Shown one piece after another: positions 28,086 through 38,358 of a stretch of DNA of 64,000 nt. Origin of the DNA: a bacterium. GTDB lineage: Bacteria > Zhuqueibacterota > Zhuqueibacteria > Residuimicrobiales > Krinioviventaceae. The translations under genes were made by a program, and so were the position numbers. Within the stretch, counting starts at the first letter, position 1, and every line of letters begins with the position of its first letter. The notes beneath the pieces were generated by a model. The model did not search any database. It worked only from the letters and a program-made list of their open reading frames with translations, and was not told where the DNA came from. The DNA is taken from assembly GCA_963693055.1 (NCBI GenBank), contig OY843751.1, positions 608,001 to 672,000 on the forward strand, given 5' to 3'.

Positions 28086-28116
28086 TAACGATCTCATTGG
28101 GACAAGGTATTCCCGG
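28086..28116 (-). promoter_or_regulatory. ECF-sigma-type promoter
   Basis: GGGAAT-N18-CGTT upstream of the DUF1059 gene; shares CGGGAATACCT with the VOC promoter. Confidence 0.5.
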
Positions 28117-28326
28117 GGAGTTGGGTGTTGAAGCTATAAGAGTGTAAATTGCGTGACGATTGTGGAGAGAGTGGTCTTGGTGCCACCGTGTCTTTGTGAG
28201 ATTTTATTCTTTCTCTCACGGAGTGGGAGTTCTATTTTGGGGGATGGCTGGAATTAATATTATTTTAAAATTGTCGGTTCGTCAGGATTGAAAATCCGGC
28301 AATTCTTTAATCCTGTTTAACCAACT

Positions 28327-29595
28327 TTAGACAAATATCCGATACTCCCACGGTTTCAGCTCGACGTCAAAAGTCTTACCCTCAATAAGGACCGGTTTGT
28401 TGCTGAATATCTCTGTATACTCGCCTTTGATCCCGCGGGTTCTGATTGATGTCATATGTTTTTCCGGGGATAGATTGATTGCAACCAGTGCTGTCTCTTG
28501 CTGAAATTTTCGAGTAAATAAAAGTATGGGTCCATGGGATTTATAGCTGATCTCGCCAGCGTGCAGGGCCGGGGTTTCTCCATACACCTGTACCAGCTTT
28601 TGATAAAAGTCCGTGAATGGACTTTCCTGCCAGGGGATTTCGTCCTTTTCAAAGAATTTCAGTTTTCTTTTACTTCCCACTTCTTGTCCATTGTAGATCA
28701 GAGGCGTTCCGTGCAGCGTAAAACAGAGCACAGCAAAAGCCTTTGCTGCTTTGGTACCCAACCGGGTGACTGCAGGATCTACCCACGAGTTTTCATCGTG
28801 ATTACTGGTAAAACGCATACGCATGGAGCCTGTGGGGTATTCAGCTTTTTCCCGTTTCAGCATGGGCACAATAGCGGATACAGAACGTTTGCCTTTGGCA
28901 ATAGCGTTAAACAGCCAGTAGAGCTTGGTAGAATAGGTCATGTGGAACCCACAGCGGTGCAGCCAGGGAAGGTCCGATTCCGCCAGCATCAATACCGGTT
29001 TAATTTTTTGGATATCTGCTATGGCCTCGCGCCAGAAAAAGTCGGGTACAAAATGCGCAACATCGCAGCGGTAACCGTCTATGTCAAATTCGGTGATCCA
29101 GTATTTCATCATGTCTGTAATGTATCTGCACAGTTCAGGTTGATCATAATCCAGTTTTGCGGTGTCTGTCCATTCCGGGTGGCCCGGGAGAATATCTCCT
29201 TTTTTATTATGCTTGTACCATTCCGGATGAGCAGATAGCATATTGCTGTCCCAGGCGGTATGATTCACCACCAGATCTAGCATAACTTTCATACCCAGAT
29301 TGTGTATCTGTTGGACCAGTTTCTTGAAATCCGTTTTATTGCCAAACTCGGGATTGATTTCATAATAATCGCTGATAGCATAATAACTGCCCAACTTTCC
29401 TTTGCGGTCTATCTGGCCGATGGGATGGATGGGCATGAACCAGAGAATTTTAACACCCAGCTTTTGCAGTCTGGATAAGTGTTTGGCAAAAGCCTTGAAT
29501 GTTCCTTCAGGGGTAAACTGACGTGTGTTTACCTGATATATAACCGCGCCGGTGCTCCAGGAAGGTGGCGGTGAGGTTTGGATAGAGTCTTTCAT
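28327..29595 (-). CDS. GH13 alpha-amylase-family glycosidase
   Basis: DLVVNH, GYRCDVAH (nucleophile), MLAE (acid/base) and FTSNHDE. Confidence 0.9.
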   Translation of the reverse strand: MKDSIQTSPPPSWSTGAVIYQVNTRQFTPEGTFKAFAKHLSRLQKLGVKILWFMPIHPIGQIDRKGKLGSYYAISDYYEINPEFGNKTDFKKLVQQIHNLGMKVMLDLVVNHTAWDSNMLSAHPEWYKHNKKGDILPGHPEWTDTAKLDYDQPELCRYITDMMKYWITEFDIDGYRCDVAHFVPDFFWREAIADIQKIKPVLMLAESDLPWLHRCGFHMTYSTKLYWLFNAIAKGKRSVSAIVPMLKREKAEYPTGSMRMRFTSNHDENSWVDPAVTRLGTKAAKAFAVLCFTLHGTPLIYNGQEVGSKRKLKFFEKDEIPWQESPFTDFYQKLVQVYGETPALHAGEISYKSHGPILLFTRKFQQETALVAINLSPEKHMTSIRTRGIKGEYTEIFSNKPVLIEGKTFDVELKPWEYRIFV

Positions 29596-29601
29596 CGCTT
29601 G

Positions 29602-30426
29602 CTATTCTTTCAGATTATTTTGGTTTTGGATGCCGGTCACCCATTCCACATCATGTTCACGGTTATGTTTAATGCATCCCAATTTATAGATACGGCATTT
29701 ATATTCCAGCATTTTTTGTGTTGCCGTTGACTGTTCAGTGCTCAATATACCATTTTTTAAAATCTTATCCAATGCAATGATACGATATTTATCGAGACTG
29801 TGCTGCTGTGAAAGCTGGGGCCAGTCACCGGCTTGTTTGACAATCAAGCGTTCAGGCATATACAGAACCGGTATTTGCGCGCTAATGCGCAGCCAGAGAT
29901 CATAATCTTCACAGGCGGGTAGATATTCGTCAAACTTGCCATAATTGTCTAACACAGAACGATGGATGATTACAGAAGATGGACTGATTATGCACAAGGG
30001 CAGACATTTTTCGTAAATATACCCCGAGTATTTTTGATGGATTTTTTTCTGGTTCATCCATTTGCCATGTTTGCGCCATTCTTCATCCGTGTAGCAGATG
30101 CGATAATCCGGGTGCTGCTCCAGTTTCTGTTCTTGCCGTAACAACTTTTTGCGGTGCCAGAGGTCATCGGAATCAAGAAAGGCGATCCAATCATGCGAGG
30201 CATTATCAATTCCGGTATTGCGTGCAGCAGAGATGCCGCGATTCTCCTGGCAAATATAACGGATATCATGAAGTAACGGGGCCAGACGTTTTTCCGTATC
30301 GTCAGTGGAACCATCGTCAATGACAAGGATTTCATCTGCTTGTCTCTTTTGCTTGAGAATGGATTCAAGTGCCTCATAAGCAAAATCAGCACGATTAAAA
30401 GTAGTAAGAATTGCTGTTATCTTCAT
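29602..30426 (-). CDS. Family 2 glycosyltransferase
   Basis: VIDDGSTD, AARNTG, FLDSDD and CEDYDLWLR. Confidence 0.9.
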   Translation of the reverse strand: MKITAILTTFNRADFAYEALESILKQKRQADEILVIDDGSTDDTEKRLAPLLHDIRYICQENRGISAARNTGIDNASHDWIAFLDSDDLWHRKKLLRQEQKLEQHPDYRICYTDEEWRKHGKWMNQKKIHQKYSGYIYEKCLPLCIISPSSVIIHRSVLDNYGKFDEYLPACEDYDLWLRISAQIPVLYMPERLIVKQAGDWPQLSQQHSLDKYRIIALDKILKNGILSTEQSTATQKMLEYKCRIYKLGCIKHNREHDVEWVTGIQNQNNLKE

Positions 30427-30579
30427 TATACAATATTGATCGGTTTATGTACCTGTGGGTACATTGTTTTATATGTCTTGAATTGGTAACATATTGTAAA
30501 ATATGTGCTTGCCTGTGCTTTGTTGTTTTGGTATCTCTCTTGCTGAAAGATAATAAAGTATAAGTAAAAGGAGACAAAA

Positions 30580-31098
30580 ATGAAAATAAAATATCTGATT
30601 ATTGCATGTTTATTGTTATTGCTGCTGGATGTTTCCTCTGCGCAAACTCTCAGACCCGGGCGACGTCATCCGATCCGGCGGGCAATACCTCAAGTACAGC
30701 AGCCTGTACTGGGAGTTTATGGAGGGCAGAATTTTGAATATGAGCAATCCCTGGCAGGCGCGCATTTATGGTTGCCAATTGGAGTTTTCTGGGATTTTGT
30801 ACCGGGATTCAATTATCATTTTACTGATGAGACAGATCCGTTTGAACATTGGCAGTTTAACGGAGATTTGGTGTTTAAACCGCGCCCTCGTGGTATTTTT
30901 TATTTTGGAGGTGGTTTTGCCGCTGATTATCGTTTACCCAAAGCGGGAGGTTCCGTGACCAAAATGGGAGGCAGTGCTCTAACAGGGCTTGTGTTCGGGC
31001 AAAGATTCCCTCTAAAAGTATTTGTACAAGCCAGATGGACTTTTATGGAAGAAGCAGAGTTGAGTGTGGTGGGTGGTTTGAATCTGGCATTAAGATAA
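30580..31098 (+). CDS. Exported small outer-membrane beta-barrel-like protein
   Basis: Signal peptide, alternating aromatic/Gly beta-strands, AGGAG RBS. Confidence 0.6.
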   Translation: MKIKYLIIACLLLLLLDVSSAQTLRPGRRHPIRRAIPQVQQPVLGVYGGQNFEYEQSLAGAHLWLPIGVFWDFVPGFNYHFTDETDPFEHWQFNGDLVFKPRPRGIFYFGGGFAADYRLPKAGGSVTKMGGSALTGLVFGQRFPLKVFVQARWTFMEEAELSVVGGLNLALR

Positions 31099-31115
31099 AG
31101 CAAGACGGTTATCAG

Positions 31116-31146
31116 AAAAACGCCCGGTAAAAACCGGGCGTTTTTT
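31116..31146. terminator. Bidirectional terminator (CGCCCGG-stem family)
   Basis: AAAAACGCCCGGT-AAAA-ACCGGGCGTTTTTT between convergent genes. Confidence 0.85.
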
Positions 31147-31969
31147 AATGTGCAAATATTACCAGAATGAAACTGATTGCCGTTAAAACCGCCAGCAGAA
31201 TTCCAAATTGACGATGGTGCTGGTTTTCCAGTCCCTGTTCATGAAAGCCAACCCACATGGCAGTCAGGTAACCGCCAATAAATCCACCGGCATGCGCATA
31301 ATTGTTAACGGCAGACATCATGAATCCAAACATAAACATGATGATGGCCCACATACCCACCTGGCGATAAATGGCTGATCCAAATGTGCCGCCGCGTTTA
31401 CGTCCATAATAAACCAAAGCACCTAACAAGCCAAATATGGAACCGGAAGCACCAATTGTAAAAGCAATACCAAACATGAACGATGCTACAAAGCCAACAA
31501 CGCCTGAAAGTGTGAATATAATAAAGGTCCGATAAGTACCAAACAGATCTTCAACCATTGCACCCAATTGTCTGAGCCACAGCATATTGAAAAGAATATG
31601 TAAAATACCGGAATGTAAATAGATAGCAGTAATAAGCGTCCACCAACGTCCGTGAGCAATAGCGTATTGTCCTGTCATACCCAGGCGGTCCAGTGCTTGT
31701 CCACTAGGTGCAAGCAGACCAAAAAGTCCGTGTGTTTGCAAAATAGCACCCGGATCAATCAGTATTGCGATTATATATAATATGATATTGACAGTTACAA
31801 TGGTAGAAATCAATCCATTAAAACTGTTCAAGAGTTTGTTAATTGAAGGCCCGTAACCCCACAAGCCCGGATTTTTTCTACCGCAATTATAACATTCTTT
31901 GGAATTGGCAGAGATCAGCTTGCCGCAACTGGGGCAAACCATAGAGCCCGTCTTTTTTCTTTCTATCAT
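31145..31969 (-). CDS. Rhomboid intramembrane serine protease with an N-terminal zinc ribbon
   Basis: CPSC..CYNC, WWTLITAIYLH...HILFNM, GASG (catalytic Ser) and NYAHAGG (catalytic His). Confidence 0.9.
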   Translation of the reverse strand: MIERKKTGSMVCPSCGKLISANSKECYNCGRKNPGLWGYGPSINKLLNSFNGLISTIVTVNIILYIIAILIDPGAILQTHGLFGLLAPSGQALDRLGMTGQYAIAHGRWWTLITAIYLHSGILHILFNMLWLRQLGAMVEDLFGTYRTFIIFTLSGVVGFVASFMFGIAFTIGASGSIFGLLGALVYYGRKRGGTFGSAIYRQVGMWAIIMFMFGFMMSAVNNYAHAGGFIGGYLTAMWVGFHEQGLENQHHRQFGILLAVLTAISFILVIFAH

Positions 31970-32131
31970 TTAACTTTCCTGATTACTGATTAATCGAATT
32001 CATTTTTTTAATATAATAATCCTTAACGATAAAATAAACAAAGAGTTTTAATTAGATATTTCGCTTGCAAAAACACAAGCGAACCTTTATATTTAGCCAT
32101 AACAAAGTATTGATTTAATACAGGAATATTT

Positions 32132-33220
32132 ATGAAGATTGGAATTGTAGGTTTGCCGTTGTCCGGTAAAACGGCCTTGTTTAATGCCCTGACAGGTTCT
32201 ACGATAGATACCGGCTTTTCAGGTGGCAAAAGTGAAGCACACCAGGCTATTGTACAGGTGCCGGATGAACGCATTGAAAAATTGAATGAAATATTTGAAC
32301 CCAAGAAAAAGACCCCGGCAATTATTGATTATATCGATTTGTCAGGCATGAGTGGATCTGAGCAAAAAAAGGGCGGATTCAGTGATAGCTTTTTGGGCCA
32401 GCTTCGTACAGTAGATGCTATTCTTGTGGTACTACGTGCGTTTAAAGATGAAAATATACCTCATCCACAAAATTCAGTGAATCCGGTCAGAGATTATGGA
32501 ATTGTTGAATCTGAATTTATGTTAAGTGATTTGTCGATCATAGAAAACCGTATGCAGCGGTTGCAAAGACAGCTCAAAGCCAAAAAGAACGATCAGGATG
32601 TACGCGAACTGGCGCTGTTGGAAAAATGCCAACAGTATCTTGAAGAAGAAAAGCCCCTGCGATCTTTGGAAATGAGTACGGATGAAGAAATGATGGTCCG
32701 CGGTTACCAGTTTTTGACCAAAAAACCCTTGATCGTTGTGGCCAATATTGGTGAAGATGATATCGCCGATGAAGAAAAAATCATCGGTCCGATCAAAACT
32801 GTAATGGCAGATACTAAATCAACCATTATTGCTATTTCAGCGCAGATTGAAATGGAGATTCAGCAACTATCGGATGAAGAAGCCGAGAGTTTTCGAAATG
32901 ATCTGGGTATTACCGATTCGGCAATGGAAAAGTTGATTCGCACTTCGTATGACTTGCTGGGTTTGATATCCTTTTTAACTGCCGGTACTGATGAAGTGAG
33001 AGCCTGGACGATCCGGGATGGAGAGTTGGCACCGCAGGCAGCGGGAGCGATTCATACGGATATTGAACGCGGTTTTATACGCGCGGAAATCGTCCATTAT
33101 GATGACTTTATAAAACATGGCACCATGGCAAAATGTAAAACCGAAGGTCTGGTGCGGCTGGAAGGTAAAGAGTATGTTGTTAAAGACGGGGATATTATTA
33201 ATTTCAGGTTTGCGGTATAA
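32132..33220 (+). CDS. ychF: Ribosome-binding ATPase YchF
   Basis: IGIVGLPLSGKT, FLTAGTDEVRAW, AAGAIHTD..RGFIRAE and the C-terminus DGDIINFRF. Confidence 0.93.
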   Translation: MKIGIVGLPLSGKTALFNALTGSTIDTGFSGGKSEAHQAIVQVPDERIEKLNEIFEPKKKTPAIIDYIDLSGMSGSEQKKGGFSDSFLGQLRTVDAILVVLRAFKDENIPHPQNSVNPVRDYGIVESEFMLSDLSIIENRMQRLQRQLKAKKNDQDVRELALLEKCQQYLEEEKPLRSLEMSTDEEMMVRGYQFLTKKPLIVVANIGEDDIADEEKIIGPIKTVMADTKSTIIAISAQIEMEIQQLSDEEAESFRNDLGITDSAMEKLIRTSYDLLGLISFLTAGTDEVRAWTIRDGELAPQAAGAIHTDIERGFIRAEIVHYDDFIKHGTMAKCKTEGLVRLEGKEYVVKDGDIINFRFAV

Positions 33221-33767
33221 CAGGTGCCATTGGTGTTTTTCTATACTTGTAGTTATCTTAATTTTTTCAAATATATCATGGCCCGCTGATTCTAGCGGGT
33301 CTATGCTTGAACAGGGGCGGCAGCTTTTTTATAAAAGTGTGGATAAAGAATCTTATATCGATCAGGCTATTGCCGTATTTGAAAAGTTGCAGCAGGATCA
33401 GGATAAAGGTCTTGCTTTGACATATATCGGGGCCTTGACTGCACTACGCGGTAAACATGCATTCCTACCACAGAACAAGCTAAAATGGACAAACAAGGGG
33501 CTGGAGATTATGGATAAGGGCATTGAAGCCAGTCCTGAAAATATTGAAGCCTTGTTTATACACAGCTCTACCTGTTATTATCTGCCTTTTTTCTTTCATC
33601 GTGCAGACCAGGCACAGGAAAATTTTAATAAGATTTTGCAGTTGATGCCTGAGCATAAGCAGGATTATGATGCTGAAATGATTCAAAATGTTCTCAAGTT
33701 TATTCAAGAGAATGGAGAATTAGATAAAAAAGATCAAGAAATGATTAATGGGATGTTGGAGCAATGA
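33210..33767 (+). CDS. Exported TPR-like hypothetical protein heading the carotenoid cluster
   Basis: TTG at 33210 overlaps the ychF stop and gives a signal peptide (FSILVVILIFSNISWPA). Helical body with YYLPFFF; ATGA overlap with the next gene. Start uncertain. Confidence 0.6.
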   Translation: MRYNRCHWCFSILVVILIFSNISWPADSSGSMLEQGRQLFYKSVDKESYIDQAIAVFEKLQQDQDKGLALTYIGALTALRGKHAFLPQNKLKWTNKGLEIMDKGIEASPENIEALFIHSSTCYYLPFFFHRADQAQENFNKILQLMPEHKQDYDAEMIQNVLKFIQENGELDKKDQEMINGMLEQ

Positions 33768-34450
33768 AGTTAGAGTATTTGCTATTTAACCTAATAGTCA
33801 TCACCGGTCCGATTGTTTTTAGTTTTGATAAAACGGTAGTCTATTATAAAAACTGGTTGCGTGCATTCTTGGCAACATTGCTGTCCTTCATTCCGTATAT
33901 TGTTTGGGATATTGGGGTGACGGGAAAACATTGGCATTTTAATCCTGAATTTACCACAAATTTGAGAATAATAGGCTTGCCGCCAGGTGAGTGGTTGTTT
34001 TTCATTACCGTACCATTTGCCTGTTTGTTTATTTGGGAGATTCTGAGCACAAAAAATAATGTTAAAGATTTTTTCAAAATACCGGTTAAAATCATTGCTC
34101 CTTTGCTAATTATTTTAATTATTGTATTATTTGCAGCAAAAAAAGAATATACTTTTTTAGTTCTTACCGCATTGTTAACCGTCGTGTTGCTTGATAAAAT
34201 CCTAAAGACAAATTTGCTCTTTCAGCAAAGAACCGTACGATTATTATTGATTGTTACCGGATTGATTCTGATATTTAATGGATACCTGACTGCTCGCCCG
34301 GTTGTATTATATAATGATGCTGTGAATCTGGGTGTGCGAATTTTTACAATACCGCTCGAAGATTTTTTTTATGGAATATCTCATGTTCTGTTAACGGTTA
34401 TTTTCTATGAAAGGTTGGAGAGGTTTTCATGGAAAAAACAGTTTCTGTGA
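33764..34450 (+). CDS. Fused two-domain lycopene cyclase (CrtYc/CrtYd type)
   Basis: Two cyclase repeats: WD...HWHFN...GLPPGEWLFFITVPF and FNGYLT...YND...GVRIFTIPLEDFFY. Confidence 0.85.
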   Translation: MKLEYLLFNLIVITGPIVFSFDKTVVYYKNWLRAFLATLLSFIPYIVWDIGVTGKHWHFNPEFTTNLRIIGLPPGEWLFFITVPFACLFIWEILSTKNNVKDFFKIPVKIIAPLLIILIIVLFAAKKEYTFLVLTALLTVVLLDKILKTNLLFQQRTVRLLLIVTGLILIFNGYLTARPVVLYNDAVNLGVRIFTIPLEDFFYGISHVLLTVIFYERLERFSWKKQFL

Positions 34451-35925
34451 TTGGTGGTGGATTAGGTGGTTTGGCCGGTGCCATTCGATTAGCAAAAAGC
34501 GGATTCAACGTCCAATTGTATGAGAAAAATCGGTCTCTTGGTGGCAAGATGAATGAAATCAAAGCGAACGGGTATCGCTTTGATACGGGTCCTACCCTTG
34601 TAACAATGCCTTTTGTATTAAAAGAGTTGTTTGAATTTTCCGGATTTAGTTTTGAAGAATATATAAACCTGGTAATGGTTGATCCGATTTGCCGTTATTT
34701 TTTTCCGGATGGAACTGTCTTTGATGCAAGTTCCGATATGAATAAAATGCTAGCTGCCATTGAATCCATTTCACCAGTGGATGTAGAAAATTATAAACGC
34801 TTTTATGATTATTCTCAACGCATTTATGATATAACTGCCGATCTTTTCATGTTTTCGGCTTTGCATGAACCGGAAATACTTTTGAACCGGCGAACCCTTC
34901 TTAAACTCTTAAAAGTTAATCAAATCGATCCCTTTCGTACTGTAGATAAAGCAGTGCGTTCTTTTTTCAAAGATGAACGTCTTGTGCAGATTTTTAATCG
35001 ATACAGCACCTACAATGGTTCTGATCCTTTTCAGGCGCCTGCAACGTTAAATATAATACCCTTTGTTGAATATGGATTGGGAGGATATTATATAAAAGGA
35101 GGCTTGTATAGACTTGTTGAAACTCTTGAGCATATTGCATTACAGTTGGGAGTAAGAATTTATAAAGAAACGTCAGTGGAAAGGATTTTGCATAAAAATA
35201 ATCAAATTTCCGGGATCAAAGTTGATGGTGAAACAGTAGCAAGTGATTATGTGGTTTGTAATGCAGATATTGTATATACATTTAATCACTTGATTGCAGA
35301 AAAGCCGGAAATTACCCGTAAAATGAACCGATTTGAGCCTTCTTTGTCAGGTTTGGTGTTTTTATGGGGAATGAAAAATGATGTATTGATGTTGAAACAT
35401 CATAATATATTTTTTTCAGAGTCATATCGAAATGAATTTATAGATATTTTTGATCGAAAAACTGCGCCCGATGATCCTACAGTATATATTTCAATTAGCA
35501 GCAAGCAGGATGTCGACCATGCTCCACCAGGTAAAATGAATGCTTTTATATTGATCAATATGCCCTACCTGAATAGTAATCTGGATTGGATGCATATTGA
35601 AAAAGAAATGAGAAATAAAATATACAAAAAATTTCAAATGCTGGATATGGATGTGCAAGGTCAAATAGAATTTGATAAAGTCATAACTCCACAAATGTTT
35701 TGTGACATGTATCATAGTAATCGTGGCAGTATTTATGGCATTTCTTCAAATAACAAAAGTATGGCTTTTAAACGACCGGCAAACAGAAATCGGCAAATCG
35801 ACGGACTGTATTTCTGTGGAGGATCAGTCCATCCCGGTGGTGGGGTTCCGTTGGCTTTATTATCCGGGAAATTGGTGTCAGAATTAATTGTAAAAAGGTC
35901 GGGAAAAGAAAAGAGAAAAACATGA
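34429..35925 (+). CDS. crtD: CrtI-family desaturase, CrtD-like (1-hydroxycarotenoid 3,4-desaturase)
   Basis: GGGLGG FAD motif, FDTGPT, RYSTYNGSDP (CrtD-like) and GGSVHPGGGVP. The family is secure; CrtD versus another CrtI paralog is inferred. Confidence 0.65.
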   Translation: MEKTVSVIGGGLGGLAGAIRLAKSGFNVQLYEKNRSLGGKMNEIKANGYRFDTGPTLVTMPFVLKELFEFSGFSFEEYINLVMVDPICRYFFPDGTVFDASSDMNKMLAAIESISPVDVENYKRFYDYSQRIYDITADLFMFSALHEPEILLNRRTLLKLLKVNQIDPFRTVDKAVRSFFKDERLVQIFNRYSTYNGSDPFQAPATLNIIPFVEYGLGGYYIKGGLYRLVETLEHIALQLGVRIYKETSVERILHKNNQISGIKVDGETVASDYVVCNADIVYTFNHLIAEKPEITRKMNRFEPSLSGLVFLWGMKNDVLMLKHHNIFFSESYRNEFIDIFDRKTAPDDPTVYISISSKQDVDHAPPGKMNAFILINMPYLNSNLDWMHIEKEMRNKIYKKFQMLDMDVQGQIEFDKVITPQMFCDMYHSNRGSIYGISSNNKSMAFKRPANRNRQIDGLYFCGGSVHPGGGVPLALLSGKLVSELIVKRSGKEKRKT

Positions 35926-37442
35926 AAAAAATAGCAATAATTGGATCTGGGTTTGGAGGATTGTCTGCTGCAATACGGTTGCAGGCAAAAGAAGATATTC
36001 AGGTAACACTCTTTGAAAAGAATAATAAAGTCGGTGGCCACGCATATCCATTGGAACAAAATGGTTACAAATTTGATATGGGGCCATCACTCATAACAGC
36101 TCCGGATATCATTGATGATATCTTTCAAGCAGCAGGAAAACGATTGGCAGATTATCTGGATTTGATCAAACTTGATCCGTTTTATCGTATCTATTTTCAT
36201 GATAAAAGCTATATCGACTATGTTGATGATGCTGAAAAGATGAAAGAACAAATGATAAAGTTTAATCGTCAAGATGCTGCAAACTATGATGAATTTATTC
36301 AAGCATCAAAAGGCATTCATGATGTCGTTATAGGCCAGGGATTAGGCTCAGTTCCTTTTATGGATTGGGGCTCTATGTTAAAATTTTTACCTAAAGCGCT
36401 GAAATTAAATGCATTACTGCCCACATTTAACTTTGCCAAAAAGTATTTTAAAGATTTTCGTCACCGGTTTGTGTTTTCTTTTCATCCACTTTTTATTGGG
36501 GGCAACCCATTCCGAGCTCCTTCTGTTTATCAGATGATCCCTTATTTGGAAAAGGAGGGAGGAGTCTGGTTCACCCAAGGAGGAATGTATTCACTGGTGC
36601 AGGCTTTTGAAACTGTATTTAAAGAATTGGGCGGAGAGGTCAAAACCGGATTACCGGTAACTAAAATCCAGGTTAAAGATGGCCAAACCACCGGTGTGCA
36701 AACGCAAGATGGTTTCTTTAAAGCGGATGCAGTGATCTCAAATGCGGATTTTATTCATACATATAAAAACCTGATTGGTTCAGAATATCGAAAAAAATGG
36801 ACTGATAAAAAACTACTTAATCTTGATTATTCCATGAGTGCATTTTTGCTTTATCTGGGTGTACGCAAACAATACCCTGAATTAAAACATCATACACTGA
36901 TTTTATCTGAGCGATACAAGCCATTGATTACGGATATATTTGACAAAAAGATATTACCTGATGATTTTTCAATGTATCTACACGTACCTACGAAAACGGA
37001 TCCCCAAATGGCACCCGCAGGATGTGAAAGTATGTATGTTCTGGTTCCGGTAACCAATCTGCAAGGAAACGTTGATTGGAATGCACAGGGAGAATTGTTT
37101 AAAAATAAAGTATTGGCATTTCTGGAAAATGATTTCGGTTTAACCGGATTGCGTGAAAATTTAGAGGTTTGCAGTATGTTCACCCCGGCTGATTTTCTGG
37201 AAACGCGTAATAATTTCTGGGGTAGCGCCTGGGGTGTAGAGCCCCGGTTGTCGCAAACGGCTATATTCAGACCGCATAATCGCTGTAGTGATATTAAGGG
37301 ACTTTATCTTGTGGGGGCAAGTACGCATCCGGGAGCAGGTTTGCCCGGTGTGATGCTGACAGCAAAAACAACCGAAAGAATTATTCTTGATGATTTTGAA
37401 CGAGGCTATTTGCAAGCTGCAAGAGAGGTGAAATATGGATAA
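35922..37442 (+). CDS. crtI: Phytoene desaturase
   Basis: IGSGFGGL, FDMGPS, FSFHPLFIGGNPF and VGASTHPGAGLPGV. Confidence 0.9.
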   Translation: MKKIAIIGSGFGGLSAAIRLQAKEDIQVTLFEKNNKVGGHAYPLEQNGYKFDMGPSLITAPDIIDDIFQAAGKRLADYLDLIKLDPFYRIYFHDKSYIDYVDDAEKMKEQMIKFNRQDAANYDEFIQASKGIHDVVIGQGLGSVPFMDWGSMLKFLPKALKLNALLPTFNFAKKYFKDFRHRFVFSFHPLFIGGNPFRAPSVYQMIPYLEKEGGVWFTQGGMYSLVQAFETVFKELGGEVKTGLPVTKIQVKDGQTTGVQTQDGFFKADAVISNADFIHTYKNLIGSEYRKKWTDKKLLNLDYSMSAFLLYLGVRKQYPELKHHTLILSERYKPLITDIFDKKILPDDFSMYLHVPTKTDPQMAPAGCESMYVLVPVTNLQGNVDWNAQGELFKNKVLAFLENDFGLTGLRENLEVCSMFTPADFLETRNNFWGSAWGVEPRLSQTAIFRPHNRCSDIKGLYLVGASTHPGAGLPGVMLTAKTTERIILDDFERGYLQAAREVKYG

Positions 37443-38358
37443 AAATACTATCAAACAGCATTATTCTTCTTTTATGTATGCTAAACATTTAACTGCCGAG
37501 TATTCAAAGAGTTTTTATATTTCTACAAGATTATTACCGAAACGTAAACAATGGCCGGTTTTTTCTTTGTATGGCTTTTGCCGACATGCTGATAATTTGA
37601 TTGATAATCCCCGTGATCGTGCTCCTGATGAAGTACTAAAAGAAATAAAGAATTTGAACAAAGAGTTAAGAATTGCCTATCGGACAGGAGAATCTGAACA
37701 TCCTGTACTTTCTTCATTTATTATTGTTGCGAAATATTTCAAGATTGATAGAAAATATCCCAAAGAATTGATTCGAGGGGTTATAATGGACTTGAATAAA
37801 TGCCGTTATGATACCTTTGACGATCTGTATTTATTCTGCTATCGTGTGGCTGGTGTTGTTGGCCTCATGATGACAACAATTTTGGGATACAAGGACAAAG
37901 ATGCAATGATCTATGCAGAAAAACTGGGAATTGCCATGCAATTGACCAATATTTTACGTGATATTCAAGAAGACAAAGATATGGGGCGAATTTATTTACC
38001 AAAATCTGAGATGTCTGATTTTGGTATAACTGAACAGGATGTTCTTAATGAACACATGTCTCCCCAAATGCATGATTTTATAAAATTTCAAGTTGAACGC
38101 GCTCACCGGTATTATGATGAAGCACAACCCGGTATTCAGATGCTTGAACCGGATACAAGGTTTGCAATTCAATCTGCCAGTCTTATCTATCGCGGGATTT
38201 TGAGAAAAATAGAAGAGCGTGATTATAATCCGTTTTTGGGAAGAGTATATGTTCCCCAAACCCGGAAACTGAATATATTACTACGAGAAGTTATTCGATC
38301 CAAAATACAAATGGCCAATGAAAAATTGCGTCTTGCAACCATGACGACGGATTTTTAA
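37435..38358 (+). CDS. crtB: Phytoene synthase
   Basis: YSKSFY, LYGFCRHADNLID, YRVAGVVG and QLTNILRDIQED. Confidence 0.92.
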   Translation: MDKNTIKQHYSSFMYAKHLTAEYSKSFYISTRLLPKRKQWPVFSLYGFCRHADNLIDNPRDRAPDEVLKEIKNLNKELRIAYRTGESEHPVLSSFIIVAKYFKIDRKYPKELIRGVIMDLNKCRYDTFDDLYLFCYRVAGVVGLMMTTILGYKDKDAMIYAEKLGIAMQLTNILRDIQEDKDMGRIYLPKSEMSDFGITEQDVLNEHMSPQMHDFIKFQVERAHRYYDEAQPGIQMLEPDTRFAIQSASLIYRGILRKIEERDYNPFLGRVYVPQTRKLNILLREVIRSKIQMANEKLRLATMTTDF

